64,000 nucleotides of DNA from Rhodocyclaceae bacterium (GCA_044359525.1 JBIKLY010000006.1:370-64369); one strand, 5' to 3'; shown: positions 41,554 to 52,076, numbered from the stretch's first letter. The notes: generated by a model not told the origin, from the sequence alone. Translations and numbers: made by a program.

Positions 41554-42468
41554 ATGACGCTGACCGAACTGCGCTACATCGTGATGCTCGCCCGCGAGCG
41601 CCACTTCGGACGTGCCGCCGAAAAATGCCACGTCAGCCAGCCGACGCTGTCGGTCGCGCTGAAAAAAGTCGAACAGCGGCATGGCGTTATTCTTTTCGAG
41701 CGTTCGTCGGCGGAAGTCCGCTTGACACCAATCGGTCAGCAGGTGGCCACGCAGGCCGAGCGGGTGCTTGAAGAATTCGGCAAGCTGAAGGAAATCGCGA
41801 CGCAGGGCAAGGATCCGCTGGTCGGTCCCTTGCGTCTCGGTGTGATCTATACGATCGCACCGTATCTGCTGCCGCGTTTGATTCCGGCCCTGCACGCGCG
41901 GGCGCCGCGCATGCCGATGTACCTGCAGGAGAGCTTCACGGTCAGCCTGGCCGAGCAATTGCGACGTGGCGATCTCGATGTGATTGTCGTTGCCCTGCCC
42001 TTCTCCGAGCCTGGCGTTGTCAGTCGCCCGGTGTACGACGAGCCCTTCCGCGTCGCCCTGCCGGCAGGTCATCCGTTGACAGATCAGCCGCGTATTGACC
42101 CCGATCAGATCGCCGCCGAAAGTCTTTTGCTGCTCGGCAACGGCAATTGTTTCCGCGATCAGGTGGTCGATGCCTGTCCGCATCTGTCGGCACCCGGCGG
42201 TGTCGAGGGGGCGCTGGAGGGCGGTTCGCTGGAAACGGTGCGTCACATGGTGGCGAGTGGCGCCGGGATGTCGATCGTGCCGGCGTCTGCCGCCGAAAGC
42301 TGGCCCCAGAATAGCCCGCTGCTGCAACTTCGTCCCTTCACCGACCCCGCCCCCTTCCGGCGCGTCGTGATCGCCTGGCGGGCCACTTTCCCGCGACCAC
42401 AGGCCATCGACGTTTTGCGCGCGGCGATCCTCGACGCCCCACCGCTCGGTGTGACTACTGTTCTATAG
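41554..42468 (+). CDS. oxyR: LysR-family hydrogen peroxide sensor OxyR
   Basis: MTLTELRYIVMLARERHFGRAAEKCHVSQPTLS HTH. The redox pair is in GNGNCFRDQVVDACPHL (equivalent to the C199/C208 spacing). It lies adjacent to dps. Confidence 0.88.
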   Translation: MTLTELRYIVMLARERHFGRAAEKCHVSQPTLSVALKKVEQRHGVILFERSSAEVRLTPIGQQVATQAERVLEEFGKLKEIATQGKDPLVGPLRLGVIYTIAPYLLPRLIPALHARAPRMPMYLQESFTVSLAEQLRRGDLDVIVVALPFSEPGVVSRPVYDEPFRVALPAGHPLTDQPRIDPDQIAAESLLLLGNGNCFRDQVVDACPHLSAPGGVEGALEGGSLETVRHMVASGAGMSIVPASAAESWPQNSPLLQLRPFTDPAPFRRVVIAWRATFPRPQAIDVLRAAILDAPPLGVTTVL

Positions 42469-42501
42469 TCAAAAACTATTCAATTGATCGTTGCAATCAA
42501 T
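42465..42501. promoter_or_regulatory. OxyR-type operator upstream of dps (ATAG-N7-CTAT-N7-ATCG-N7-CAAT)
   Basis: ATAGtcaaaaaCTATtcaattgATCGttgcaatCAAT has the same spacing as 6484..6520 and shares the 11-mer CAATCAATTGG with it. It starts at the oxyR stop codon and ends 71 bp upstream of the dps ATG. Confidence 0.45.
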
Positions 42502-42571
42502 TGGCTAAATTTCACTCACGCGCCTAAAGTTTGATCAGTTGCAGATTCGTTCATCGACAAAGGAGAGCATC

Positions 42572-43048
42572 ATGGCAAGCAGAATTGATATCGGAATCAG
42601 TGAAAAAGACCGCAAGAAAATCGCAGAAGGCCTGTCTTGCCTGTTGGCTGACAGTTACACGGTTTATCTGAAAACGCACAATTTTCACTGGAACGTCACC
42701 GGGCCGATGTTCCAGACGCTGCATCTGCTGTTTCAGGCGCAATACACCGAGTTGTGGAATGCGCTCGATATCATTGCCGAACGTATCCGCGCTCTCGGCT
42801 ATCCGGCGCCGGGTTCGTACAAGCGTTTTGTTGAGCTCTCGTCGATTCCCGAAGAGGATGGTGTGCCCAAGGCCAAGGACATGATTCGTCAATTGGTCGA
42901 AGGGCAAGAGGCGGTGGCACGTACAGCGCGTCGGGTGTTCGAGGTGGCAGGCAAGGCAAACGACCAGCCAACTGCCGACTTGCTGACGCAACGCATGGAA
43001 GTGCACGAGAAGAATGCGTGGATGCTACGCAGCCTGCTCGAAGAATGA
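42572..43048 (+). CDS. dps: DNA starvation/stationary phase protection protein Dps
   Basis: ATG 42572 follows AGGAGA. Ferroxidase-site residues lie in [16 protein letters not shown]...HLLF..QYTEL...D.IAERI. Confidence 0.93.
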   Translation: MASRIDIGISEKDRKKIAEGLSCLLADSYTVYLKTHNFHWNVTGPMFQTLHLLFQAQYTELWNALDIIAERIRALGYPAPGSYKRFVELSSIPEEDGVPKAKDMIRQLVEGQEAVARTARRVFEVAGKANDQPTADLLTQRMEVHEKNAWMLRSLLEE

Positions 43049-43058
43049 GTTTTTGAAA

Positions 43059-43074
43059 CGTTTCACGTGAAACA
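43059..43074. promoter_or_regulatory. parS site (cGTTTCACGTGAAACA, 15/16)
   Basis: The 16-mer is identical to the one at 24085..24100. It lies between the convergent dps and topoisomerase genes. Confidence 0.8.
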
Positions 43075-43110
43075 AAGAAGGCTGCCCACGGGCAGCCTTC
43101 TTTGTTTCTG
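43073..43110. terminator. Bidirectional intrinsic terminator between dps and the topoisomerase gene
   Basis: CAAAGAAGGCTGCC-cacg-GGCAGCCTTCTTTG, a 14-bp stem flanked by A-rich (left) and T-rich (right) runs. Confidence 0.75.
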
Positions 43111-43118
43111 CTACGAAC

Positions 43119-45716
43119 TTACGCCGCGGCTTTTTTCCGGGGCTTGGCCGGTGCCGCTTTCTTTGCCGGGGGTTTGACCTCTTCTTTGGCAGCTGCGGCC
43201 TTGGCTGGTTTTGCCGGCGCCTTGACTTTTGGTTCGCGTTTCTCGAATTCAAAACCGACTTTCCCGTCGCCGCCACGCACCAGGAAGGCCGAGAATTTGC
43301 GACGCGTACGCGACGAGACGAAGTCTTTAAGGAGATCGGTGCGGCCGGTGGCGAGCAGTTTCTTCATCTGCTCTTCTTCGACCGCCTGTTGCAGGATGAC
43401 CTTGCCGGAACGGAAATCACAGGTTTTCTCCGGACCGACTGATTTTTCACAAACGTAGGCCATGCCGTGTTCAAAGACCCGGGCGGCGCACTTGGGACAA
43501 GCGCCCAGTGCTTCGCGGCCCGTAAAATCGACCGGCTCGGCATTGCCGTCTTCGCCGTTGGCGCCCTGTCCGAAATCGAATTCCGGCGTGTTTTCGGCGT
43601 TGAGTTTGATGATGGCGTTGAACGGGCGCCCCATCTTGTTGCGGAATCCGGTCAGCGGTCCGATCTTGCGTTCAGTGAGCAGCTCTTCGATCTCGACCGC
43701 TTCAAACTGACGGCTGGCAACGATTTTCCACAGTGAGAATTCGCAGGCCTGGCACTGGAATTTTTTGTAGGTTTCCTTGATCAGCCCGCCGCACTTCGGG
43801 CAGGGTGTGCTCAATTCGCCGAAATCACCGGGAATCGTGTCGCTATCGTAGGTCTTGGCGCGGTCGACGATATGTTGCGTCATCGCCGCGATTTCCTGCA
43901 TGAAAGCATCCCGCGACATCTCGCCGCGCTCCATGCGCGCCAGCTTCCATTCCCACTCGCCGGTCAGTTCTGCCGCAGTGAGTTCGGGGATGCCGAGGCC
44001 GTTGAGCAGCGTCATCAGCGAGAAGGCTTTGGCCGTGGGTTGCAGCTCACGTCCTTCACGGTGAAGATATTGTTCGCCAAGCAGGTTCTCGATGATCTGC
44101 GCGCGCGTTGCCGGGGTGCCGAGGCCGCGGCCGGCCATCGCGGCGCGCAATTCCTCGTCGTCGACCGTTTTGCCGGCGCCTTCCATGGCGGAGAGCAGCG
44201 TCGCTTCCGAGTAGCGTGCCGGTGGCTTGGTATGGTTCGCGTTAAGCAGGACTTCGTCGGCCTTGATCCGTTCTTTTGGCAGCACCGGCACCAGATTGCC
44301 CTCGTCGCCCTCCTGCCCTTCGCGGCCATAGACAGCCAGCCAGCCCGGGTTGACCAGCACCTTGCCTTCGGTTTTGAACGGTTCGCTTTCAATGCGGGTG
44401 ATGCGCGTGGTGATCATGTATTCCGCCGCCGGATAGAAAACGGCGAGGAAGCGCTTGACCACCATGTCGTACAGTTTCTGCTCGGGTTCGGAGAGCGCTT
44501 TCGGCGCCTGTAGCGTCGGGATGATGGCGAAGTGATCGGAAATCTTGGCATTATTGAAGATGCGCTTGTTCGGCAGCACCCAGTTGCGTGCCAGGATCTG
44601 GTGGGCAAACGGCGAGTAGCGGGCCAGCGCCGCTTCGTCGTGCCCCTTGCCGATGCCCTGACCGGTGAGCATGGTCAGCGTTTCCTTGACCGTCGGCAGA
44701 TAGTCCTCGGGCAACGCGCGCGCATCGGTACGCGGATAGGTCAGCACCTTGTGTTTTTCGTAGAGCGCCTGCGCCAGACCGAGCGTCGATTTGGCCGAGA
44801 AGCCGAAGCGGCTGTTGGCTTCGCGCTGCAGGCTGGTGAGGTCGTAGAGCAGCGGCGAGAGTTGCGTTGAGGGTTTGGCTTCCTCGCTGACTTCGCCCGG
44901 CTTGCCCTGGCATTTCTGCTGGATCGCACTGGCGCGAGCCTCGTCCCAGAGGCGGTCGGCGCGTGCGTGTTCGTCGTCGTCCTTACCCTTATACTGCTCG
45001 TCGAACCATTTGCCGCGGTACTCGCCGGCCGCACAGGCGAAAACACCCTCGACCTCCCAATAGGCGCGCGCCTTGAACTTGCGGATTTTATCCTCGCGTT
45101 CGACCATCAGCGCCAGCGTCGGCGTTTGCACGCGGCCGACGGTGGTCAGGTGAAAGCCGCCGGTCTTCGAATTGAAGGCGGTCATCGCACGCGTGCCGTT
45201 GATGCCGACCAGCCAGTCAGATTCGGAACGGCAGACGGCGGCGTCGGCCAAGCCCTGCATTTCGGCGCCGGGACGCAGACGCGAGAAGCCGTCCTTGATC
45301 GCCTGCTGCGTCATCGATTGCAGCCACAGGCGCTCGACGGGTTTGCCGCTCTTTGCGTGCTGGGCGATGTAATTGAAGATCAGCTCACCTTCGCGGCCCG
45401 CGTCGCAGGCGTTGATCAGGCTGCTGACATCCTTGCGCTTGATCAGCTTGGTTAGGAGCTTCAGGCGCGATTCGGATTTCTCGATCGGGCGCAAGGCGAA
45501 GTGCGGCGGAATCACTGGCAGGTGCGCGAAGGACCATTTGCCGCGCTTGACCTCGTATTCTTCCGGGCAGGCCAGTTCAAGCAGGTGGCCGACTGCCGAA
45601 GAGAGAACGCAGTCGTCGCTCTCGAAGTAGTCGTCGTGCTTGGTAAAACCGCCAAGGGCGCGCGCGATGTCGGCGGCGACGGAGGGTTTCTCGGCAATGA
45701 TCAGCTTTTTGCTCAT
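43119..45716 (-). CDS. Type IA DNA topoisomerase (topoisomerase III-like N-terminus, C-terminal zinc ribbons, Lys/Ala-rich tail)
   Basis: ATG 45716 (MSKKLIIAEKPSVAADIARALGG, Toprim). It has the active-site region RVQTPTL, CPKCGG/CxxC ribbons and the tail KPAKAAAAKEEVKPPAKKAAPAKPRKKAAA. The 35-codon 5' extension is rejected. Confidence 0.9.
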   Translation of the reverse strand: MSKKLIIAEKPSVAADIARALGGFTKHDDYFESDDCVLSSAVGHLLELACPEEYEVKRGKWSFAHLPVIPPHFALRPIEKSESRLKLLTKLIKRKDVSSLINACDAGREGELIFNYIAQHAKSGKPVERLWLQSMTQQAIKDGFSRLRPGAEMQGLADAAVCRSESDWLVGINGTRAMTAFNSKTGGFHLTTVGRVQTPTLALMVEREDKIRKFKARAYWEVEGVFACAAGEYRGKWFDEQYKGKDDDEHARADRLWDEARASAIQQKCQGKPGEVSEEAKPSTQLSPLLYDLTSLQREANSRFGFSAKSTLGLAQALYEKHKVLTYPRTDARALPEDYLPTVKETLTMLTGQGIGKGHDEAALARYSPFAHQILARNWVLPNKRIFNNAKISDHFAIIPTLQAPKALSEPEQKLYDMVVKRFLAVFYPAAEYMITTRITRIESEPFKTEGKVLVNPGWLAVYGREGQEGDEGNLVPVLPKERIKADEVLLNANHTKPPARYSEATLLSAMEGAGKTVDDEELRAAMAGRGLGTPATRAQIIENLLGEQYLHREGRELQPTAKAFSLMTLLNGLGIPELTAAELTGEWEWKLARMERGEMSRDAFMQEIAAMTQHIVDRAKTYDSDTIPGDFGELSTPCPKCGGLIKETYKKFQCQACEFSLWKIVASRQFEAVEIEELLTERKIGPLTGFRNKMGRPFNAIIKLNAENTPEFDFGQGANGEDGNAEPVDFTGREALGACPKCAARVFEHGMAYVCEKSVGPEKTCDFRSGKVILQQAVEEEQMKKLLATGRTDLLKDFVSSRTRRKFSAFLVRGGDGKVGFEFEKREPKVKAPAKPAKAAAAKEEVKPPAKKAAPAKPRKKAAA

Positions 45717-45925
45717 GGTGTGTTTTTGAGCCCGGGAGAGTGGCAAAAGGTTGTGGCGGTGTGATGATGAAACGGCACCACGTTGCGGGGCATGATAAGA
45801 GCACTGGGCAGCGCTTGGCAAGCAGCGGCGTTCAGGGCGCCGGTGATGAATTTACAAATGACGCCTCTCGACGCCCTGATATGCGTTGCGGGTAGCTATA
45901 GCCGGATGCGGGAAATGGAGCGCTC

Positions 45926-46375
45926 TCAGTGCAGCAATTCAGGATTGGTATCGTAGAGCAGTTCTTCGACAATCAGGGGTTCGAGGTCTTGTTCACGGCT
46001 CCACAGCACCATCAGCACGATGATCTTGAGTTTGGATAGTGGTACCCGAGTGTCTTCGAGGGCCATGCCGCGTTCAACAATCAACTCACGCAAGGCCGGC
46101 GTGATCACTCCGGCAAGCTCAATGAAAATAATGAAATTCAGGCAATCGACACCGAGCTTCTCCTGTTCGCTTTCCGTGTAGATTCGGAGTGCCCGTCGGT
46201 CGCTGGAAAATTCAGTGACGCGCACAGATTTGAGTCCATGCAGCCAGTCGAGCGCAACCGAAATTTCATTTTGTTCAAACCCAACCGCACTCAGCTTGCG
46301 TGCAAGCGTTTCCGGTTTCGGCTGCGCAGTAAAGTCGTAGTAATTCTCAAACAGGTAAACGAGAACATCAAGCAT
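45926..46375 (-). CDS. smg: Smg protein (DUF494)
   Basis: MLDVLVYLFENYYD N-terminus. Conserved dprA-smg-topoisomerase arrangement. Confidence 0.9.
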   Translation of the reverse strand: MLDVLVYLFENYYDFTAQPKPETLARKLSAVGFEQNEISVALDWLHGLKSVRVTEFSSDRRALRIYTESEQEKLGVDCLNFIIFIELAGVITPALRELIVERGMALEDTRVPLSKLKIIVLMVLWSREQDLEPLIVEELLYDTNPELLH

Positions 46376-46396
46376 GTGAGATCCGGTGTTCAGTTG

Positions 46397-47482
46397 TCAG
46401 GTAATTTGTTGGTAGCGGCCGCCAGGCAGGCTGGCCACCCGTCCATCGAGCTCAAGATGCAACAGCATCACGGAAAGCGTTTCAGCCGTCAAGCCGCTCC
46501 GCCCGGACAGTTCGTCAAGGCCGCATGGGTCAAAGCCCATGGCCGAGAGCACTTGATCGCCGGCGGTGTTCTTGCTGAGTGGCGCAGCCGGGTTCGCTTT
46601 GCTCGATTCACCCCAGCGCAGCTCTTCAAGTACGTCGCGGGCGGTTTCCACAAGTTTTGCGCCTTGCTTGATCAGTTTGTGACAGCCGCGCGACTGCGGT
46701 GAGTGAATCGAGCCGGGGATTGCAAAGACCTCTCTACCCTGTTCGGCGGCGAGCCGGGCTGTGATCAGTGAGCCGCTTTCGACAGCGGCTTCCACGACCA
46801 GCACACCACGGGAAAAACCTGAAATAAGGCGATTACGGCGCGGGAAGTTGGCGGCGCAAACCGGAGTGGCCAAAGGGAATTCGGAGACGATCACACCTCT
46901 CGTACCGATTTCCAGCGCGAGCTCGCGGTTGCGCGCCGGATAGATGCGATCGATACCGGTACCAATAAAGGCGACCGTATCGCCGTTTGCCGACAGCGCG
47001 CCGCGATGGGCCGCAGCATCAATACCAAGGGCAAGACCGCTGGTGATAACCAGTCCGGCCTCGGCAAATGCGGCAGAAAAACGCTCGGCATTTTGCAGTC
47101 CCTGTGGCGTTGCGTTACGGCTGCCAACGATGGCCAGTGCGGGCCGGTTGAGCAAATCGAGGCGTCCCCGGACGTAGATCAGTGTTGGTGGATCGGGAAT
47201 TTCAAGCAGGCATTGCGGGTATTCCGGATCGGCAAGCGTGACGACGTGTTGTTCGCTGCCAAGTGACCACTCGAGTGCCGTTGAAATGCCGGTCTGGTTG
47301 TCGGTGTCAAAAAGCAGGCTGGCGGCTTTGTCACCGATAAGCCCGCGCACCGCACTGCGCCCCGCGTTGAAAATCGCTTCGGGCAGGCCGAAAGCAGCGA
47401 GCAGCTTGCGCTGCGTTTCGCCACCGATGCCCGGGATCAGCGTCAGTCGCAGCCAGGTGGCAAGCGACCCGGCATCAGTCAT
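46397..47482 (-). CDS. dprA: DNA-processing protein DprA (Smf)
   Basis: LAIVGSRNATPQG, GLALGIDAAAHRGAL and RFPRRNRLISG-type blocks, with a C-terminal winged helix. Confidence 0.93.
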   Translation of the reverse strand: MTDAGSLATWLRLTLIPGIGGETQRKLLAAFGLPEAIFNAGRSAVRGLIGDKAASLLFDTDNQTGISTALEWSLGSEQHVVTLADPEYPQCLLEIPDPPTLIYVRGRLDLLNRPALAIVGSRNATPQGLQNAERFSAAFAEAGLVITSGLALGIDAAAHRGALSANGDTVAFIGTGIDRIYPARNRELALEIGTRGVIVSEFPLATPVCAANFPRRNRLISGFSRGVLVVEAAVESGSLITARLAAEQGREVFAIPGSIHSPQSRGCHKLIKQGAKLVETARDVLEELRWGESSKANPAAPLSKNTAGDQVLSAMGFDPCGLDELSGRSGLTAETLSVMLLHLELDGRVASLPGGRYQQIT

Positions 47483-47485
47483 GCG

Positions 47486-48502
47486 TCAGGGTTTGCGGAT
47501 GAAGTCGTTGATCTTTACCGAACCATCGGATTGCATCACCAGAGCGTAGGATATCCGCTCGAAAGTTCTGAAGACGAACACCAGGCCATAGCGCTCATTG
47601 GGAACCTTGACGTTTTCCTTGTTGCCGTTTTCGTCACGCTGAACGACGACGCGATTGCGCTGGAGGGCCAGAACATGACCGATTTCCAGACCATTCTGGC
47701 TACCCAGATTCAGCGAGACGATGGAATATTGCCCGGCTTCATTGACGCCGCCATATACCGAAATGATGCGTCCATCAACGGCTTGCTCCGGTTTGTGTGG
47801 CATGTAGCTGAGCAGTGGTGGTGTTGTCGCCGGGAGCAGGCGATCGCCTCTACCGATTTCTTCTTTTGCGGTGATGATTTCGAAGATCGCCGGATCGCCA
47901 GGCTCAATCTGCCGTGCGGTACCGAGGTAGAAGGCTTCGTAGCCCAGGGGCTCCTTGGTCTCCGGGTCCGGCAGTACGCGCCCTTTGCGATAGACCTGCC
48001 ACTCTTCCTTGGACGGATCCGCATTGGCAACATACGCGGTATCGCCGTTACCAAGAAACACCCGGTCCTGCTGGGTGGCAACGATCCGTGCAGCATCGTC
48101 AAGGGCGTTGGCTTCAACAATCAGGGGTGCGGAGAGGAACGGATTGATCGCATTCGGCGGAATGCTTGGTATTGCAGTTGAAATCTGCTCCGAGTAAATC
48201 TGTGGCTGCAACTTGGCGTTCTGAACACTCAGGCGCGGGTTACCGTCTGCATCACGATCAAGAACAATTACATCGCCAGGGAAAATGCGGTGCGGATTTT
48301 TGATCTGTTCGCGATTCATGCGCCAGACTTCGGGCCAGCGCCAGGGCTCCTTGAGAAATTTTCCGGCAATGCCCCACAACGTATCACCCGGCACGACAAT
48401 GTGCCGCCCCGGTGCATTATCGGCAAGCTGGAGTGGTGGCTCGGCGGCATTGCAGAGCGTTGCTGCCATGGCCAGTATGAGCGCGGATATAATGCGAATC
48501 AT
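47486..48502 (-). CDS. LysM peptidoglycan-binding domain protein (secreted)
   Basis: Signal peptide MIRIISALILAMAATLCNA. LysM motif HIVVPGDTLWGIAGKFL...PHRIFPGDVIVL. Confidence 0.85.
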   Translation of the reverse strand: MIRIISALILAMAATLCNAAEPPLQLADNAPGRHIVVPGDTLWGIAGKFLKEPWRWPEVWRMNREQIKNPHRIFPGDVIVLDRDADGNPRLSVQNAKLQPQIYSEQISTAIPSIPPNAINPFLSAPLIVEANALDDAARIVATQQDRVFLGNGDTAYVANADPSKEEWQVYRKGRVLPDPETKEPLGYEAFYLGTARQIEPGDPAIFEIITAKEEIGRGDRLLPATTPPLLSYMPHKPEQAVDGRIISVYGGVNEAGQYSIVSLNLGSQNGLEIGHVLALQRNRVVVQRDENGNKENVKVPNERYGLVFVFRTFERISYALVMQSDGSVKINDFIRKP

Positions 48503-48688
48503 CGTGTTATCCTCATGCGAGCGGTCGGTTGCGTTGGCACCGAAGCATCCGGTCCGGGGCGTGTCTGGCGCCCGTTTTCTTCCAGAGTTCCTGCCAGCGT
48601 CTTGGCGTAAAATACGCTATTGTTGTCATGATACTTCAAGACATTGCATTAGATTCTGCACGTAATTACTTCTTCGATCAAGCTTTTT

Positions 48689-49192
48689 ATGCCGCTACTA
48701 CCAATACTCCGCTTTCCTGATCCGCGACTGAAAAAAATCGCTGCGCCAGTTGAAAAAATTGACGACGGCATTCGCCGTCTGGCGCGGGACATGGCCGAGA
48801 CAATGTACGAGGCGCCGGGTATCGGCCTGGCGGCCACGCAGGTCGACGTGCACAAACGCGTTATCGTCATTGATGCTTCCGAAAGCAAGGACCAGTTGCT
48901 TGTCCTGATCAATCCGGAGCTTGTCGAGTGCGACGGTGCGCAGGTCTGCGAGGAAGGCTGTCTTTCGGTCCCGGGCATCTACGACAAGGTTGAGCGTGCC
49001 GGGCATGTTGTTGTCCGTTACCTCGATCTTGCCGGGCAGCCGCAGACGGTGTCAGCCGAAGGTTTGCTGGCGGTATGTCTGCAGCACGAGATGGATCATC
49101 TGCAGGGAAAGGTGTTTGTCGAGCATCTTTCGTTGCTGAAACAGACACGGATCAAGGCGAAGCTCGCCAAGCAGGCGCGGATTACTGCATGA
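48689..49192 (+). CDS. def: Peptide deformylase
   Basis: [17 protein letters not shown] and HEMDHLQG motifs. Confidence 0.97.
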   Translation: MPLLPILRFPDPRLKKIAAPVEKIDDGIRRLARDMAETMYEAPGIGLAATQVDVHKRVIVIDASESKDQLLVLINPELVECDGAQVCEEGCLSVPGIYDKVERAGHVVVRYLDLAGQPQTVSAEGLLAVCLQHEMDHLQGKVFVEHLSLLKQTRIKAKLAKQARITA

Positions 49193-50115
49193 GGCTGATT
49201 TTTGCCGGAACGCCCGAATTTGCGGCGCTGGCGCTGGCTGCCATCATTGATGCCGGGCATGAAGTTGCCTTGGTGCTGACGCAGCCTGATCGTCCAGCGG
49301 GGAGGGGGATGGCCATGCACGCTTCTCCGGTCAAGGCGCGGGCATTGGCTGCCGGTATTGAGGTTTTTCAGCCCCCGACACTCAAGGATGCGGCAGCGCA
49401 GGCGCGGATTCGCGCGGTTGAGGCCGACATCATGGTCGTTGCCGCGTACGGACTGATTTTGCCGCAAGCCGTACTGGATATGCCGCGACTGGGTTGTCTG
49501 AATATTCACGCTTCGCTGCTGCCGCGCTGGCGTGGTGCGGCGCCGATCCAGCGGGCGATTCTTGCCGGTGATAGCGAAACCGGTGTGTGCATCATGCAGA
49601 TGGAAGCGGGACTGGATACCGGCCCGGTTCTGTTATCGGCCGCTTTGCCGATTCTCGATGAGGACACGTCGGCAAGCTTGCACGATAAGCTGGCATCGCT
49701 TGGTGCGCAGTTGATTGTTGATGCGCTGGCCCGCCTGCCTTTGCCTGCCTGTCCGCAGCCAGAGGCCGGGCTCACTTACGCGGCGAAGCTTGCAAAGCCG
49801 GAAGCCGTGCTCGACTGGCGTCAGCCGGCGATGGTCCTCGCCAGGCGAATCCGGGCTTTCGATCCGTTCCCGGGGGCTGTTTCCCGCCTTGGCGACGACG
49901 CGCTCAAGATCTGGCATGCCGAGGTGATGACGGAGAGTGGCGAGGCCGGTGTTGTTTTGTCGGTTGACAAGGGCGGCATTGTGGTCGCCTGTGGCACCGG
50001 TGCCTTGCGTCTGAGCGAATTGCAAAAGGCCGGTGGCAAGCGTTTGCCGGCAAAACAGTTTCTTGCCGGATCTGCCGTGCTTCCGGGCAGCCGCTTTGCG
50101 CTGCCTGACGCTTGA
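49189..50115 (+). CDS. fmt: Methionyl-tRNA formyltransferase
   Basis: ATG 49189 overlaps the def stop (ATGA). [32 protein letters not shown]. The 5' extension of ORF 49075 is rejected. Confidence 0.96.
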   Translation: MRLIFAGTPEFAALALAAIIDAGHEVALVLTQPDRPAGRGMAMHASPVKARALAAGIEVFQPPTLKDAAAQARIRAVEADIMVVAAYGLILPQAVLDMPRLGCLNIHASLLPRWRGAAPIQRAILAGDSETGVCIMQMEAGLDTGPVLLSAALPILDEDTSASLHDKLASLGAQLIVDALARLPLPACPQPEAGLTYAAKLAKPEAVLDWRQPAMVLARRIRAFDPFPGAVSRLGDDALKIWHAEVMTESGEAGVVLSVDKGGIVVACGTGALRLSELQKAGGKRLPAKQFLAGSAVLPGSRFALPDA

Positions 50116-50147
50116 TTGTCAGGAGCATTCTTGCCGCCGGCGCGGCC

Positions 50148-50163
50148 GGTTCCACGTGAAACA
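50148..50163. promoter_or_regulatory. parS-like site (gGTTcCACGTGAAACA, 14/16)
   Basis: It lies between the convergent fmt and S1/P1 nuclease genes and is more degenerate than the other two sites. Confidence 0.6.
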
Positions 50164-50168
50164 AGCCA

Positions 50169-51095
50169 CTATGGTTTGCCAAACAGGTTTTGCAGTAATG
50201 CGGCGAGCCGGTATCCGGCCTCGGCAATCCGTTTCCGGGAAATGCTAAGCGCTTTTTGATGAAAATCGGCGCTTAAGGTCGGCACTTCGTCGTCACCGAG
50301 CGGATAGGCGTCGCGCCGCGCGATTTGCCAGCTTTCATCAATCCAGCTTTGTGCTCCGCCGCTTGCTGGCGGTGGTGGGTAATCCGCCATGATACGGTTG
50401 GCGGCACGCTCCAGGTAGCGGCCACGCAGCCAGGGTGGTCCGGGCAGATCGTCCCAATAGGCGTGGAGTTTCATTGACGACAGGCGCGGGTGGAAGGGGT
50501 GCGCGATGATCTGGCGGTTGCCGCCTTCGTCACTCTCCCCTTTTTCGTTGTAGCGGCTGACGGTGTGGAGTGGCTGATGCGCGTCGGCAACGAGGTGAAT
50601 CAACCAGGGTAGCGCATAGGCACGTTGCTGATCGCTGGTTTTGTGGTTACCGATGGTATCGGCCAGCCGATCGAGTTGCCGGTCGAGTTCGCCATCTGTT
50701 TCGTGTCGTTTGGGAACGTTGCCGATCGGCCGGTCGATGTAATGCCAGTGGCGGTGTCGTGCCATCTCCGGAAATCCGGGCAGTGGCGCGGTGGGGGGTT
50801 CTTTGCCCGCATCGTAAAAGCGTTTGTCGCTCCTGATCTCGTCCGGCCAGGTTGAGGCTTCGAGAAAGGCGGCAAGTTCAGGTTTTACGTTTTTGGCACG
50901 GGTAAGCCAGCGTGCGTGGTCCGGGTGTAGCGTCAGCACGTGACTGATCCGGCTGCGCGTGCTTTCGTCAAGTTGCTGCCAAGCGATCAGCGCGCTGAGG
51001 CGATGTCCGGCAGCATTCCACGCCTCGGCGGGTAGTGGTGCCAATAGTGCGGTAAGTAAGGCAAATACGCCGATCGGTCGCCGGTAGCCGGGCAT
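50169..51095 (-). CDS. S1/P1 family nuclease (secreted, zinc-dependent)
   Basis: Signal peptide ending AEA followed by WNAAGHR (mature N-terminal Trp ligand), HLVADAHQPLH and HAYWD motifs. Confidence 0.85.
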   Translation of the reverse strand: MPGYRRPIGVFALLTALLAPLPAEAWNAAGHRLSALIAWQQLDESTRSRISHVLTLHPDHARWLTRAKNVKPELAAFLEASTWPDEIRSDKRFYDAGKEPPTAPLPGFPEMARHRHWHYIDRPIGNVPKRHETDGELDRQLDRLADTIGNHKTSDQQRAYALPWLIHLVADAHQPLHTVSRYNEKGESDEGGNRQIIAHPFHPRLSSMKLHAYWDDLPGPPWLRGRYLERAANRIMADYPPPPASGGAQSWIDESWQIARRDAYPLGDDEVPTLSADFHQKALSISRKRIAEAGYRLAALLQNLFGKP

Positions 51096-52042
51096 CAGCA
51101 GCGATCGAGCCGGATGTCGTCATGCGAGGCCGGGTCTTCAATGGGTTCAAGATGCGTAAGCACCGTGGCGTGCGGCAGCGCCGTGCGGATATCCGCTTCC
51201 AGCTTTTCGAGCAAATCGTGCCCGCGCTGTACCGACCACGCCCCGGGCACCAGCACATGTACTTCGACGAAGCTGCGCGCCCCGGCCTGTCGTGTGCGAA
51301 GCGCGTGGTAATCAATGCCTTGCGGGCGGTAGGTGTCGAGCACGTCAACGACGCCTTGATGTTGTTCTGGTGGCAGCGCGACATCCATCAGCCCGTCAGC
51401 CGAGCGTCGCAGAAGCCGCCAGCCGGTCCATACGATATTGGCGGCAACCAGCAGTGCAAGTGCCGGATCGAGCCATAGCCACCCACTCAGGCCAACCAGG
51501 CCAACGCCGACAATTACCCCGGCCGAGGTCCAGACATCGGTCATCAGGTGGTGTGCGTCAGCCTCGAGCGTAATCGAACGATGTTGCTGACCGGCTTTGA
51601 GCAGGATGCGTGCGGTAACAAAATTGATGATCGAGGCCACCACCGAAACGATCAGGCCGATGCCTAGCTGCTCAACCGCTTGGGGATGCAACAGGCGCTC
51701 AACTGCGGCAACGCCAATCGCGATCGCCGCAAGCAGAATCAGCAGCCCTTCGAAGCCGCTGGAAAAATATTCTGCCTTGCCGTGTCCATACGCGTGGCTT
51801 TCGTCCTCCGGCTGTGCGGCGACGGTTAACATGGCCAGGGCCATCATTGCGCCGGCCAGATTGACCAAAGACTCCAGTGCATCCGAGAGCAGGCCGACCG
51901 AACCGGTTAGCCACCAGGCAAGCGTTTTCAGCGCGATGGTAGCGAGTGCTGCACCGATCGACAGCCATGCGTAGGGTTTGAGCGATGCAGGAACCATGTG
52001 CGTATTATCGCTGTCCGGAGCCAATCCTGCCATCATCGTCAT
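51095..52042 (-). CDS. Cation diffusion facilitator (CDF) family transporter
   Basis: Six TM helices with [11 protein letters not shown] and HHLMTDVW metal-site motifs, plus a cytoplasmic C-terminal domain. Confidence 0.88.
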   Translation of the reverse strand: MTMMAGLAPDSDNTHMVPASLKPYAWLSIGAALATIALKTLAWWLTGSVGLLSDALESLVNLAGAMMALAMLTVAAQPEDESHAYGHGKAEYFSSGFEGLLILLAAIAIGVAAVERLLHPQAVEQLGIGLIVSVVASIINFVTARILLKAGQQHRSITLEADAHHLMTDVWTSAGVIVGVGLVGLSGWLWLDPALALLVAANIVWTGWRLLRRSADGLMDVALPPEQHQGVVDVLDTYRPQGIDYHALRTRQAGARSFVEVHVLVPGAWSVQRGHDLLEKLEADIRTALPHATVLTHLEPIEDPASHDDIRLDRC

Positions 52043-52076
52043 GCTAAACTCATCGCATCAACAACAATAGTGAAGC

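Noticed and set aside
43054-43065. TGAAACGTTTCA, a perfect match to the Cra/FruR half-palindrome core
   Set aside because: It overlaps the parS 16-mer, and the same flank at 24081 lacks the G. The recurring unit is parS, and there is no sugar-metabolism context.
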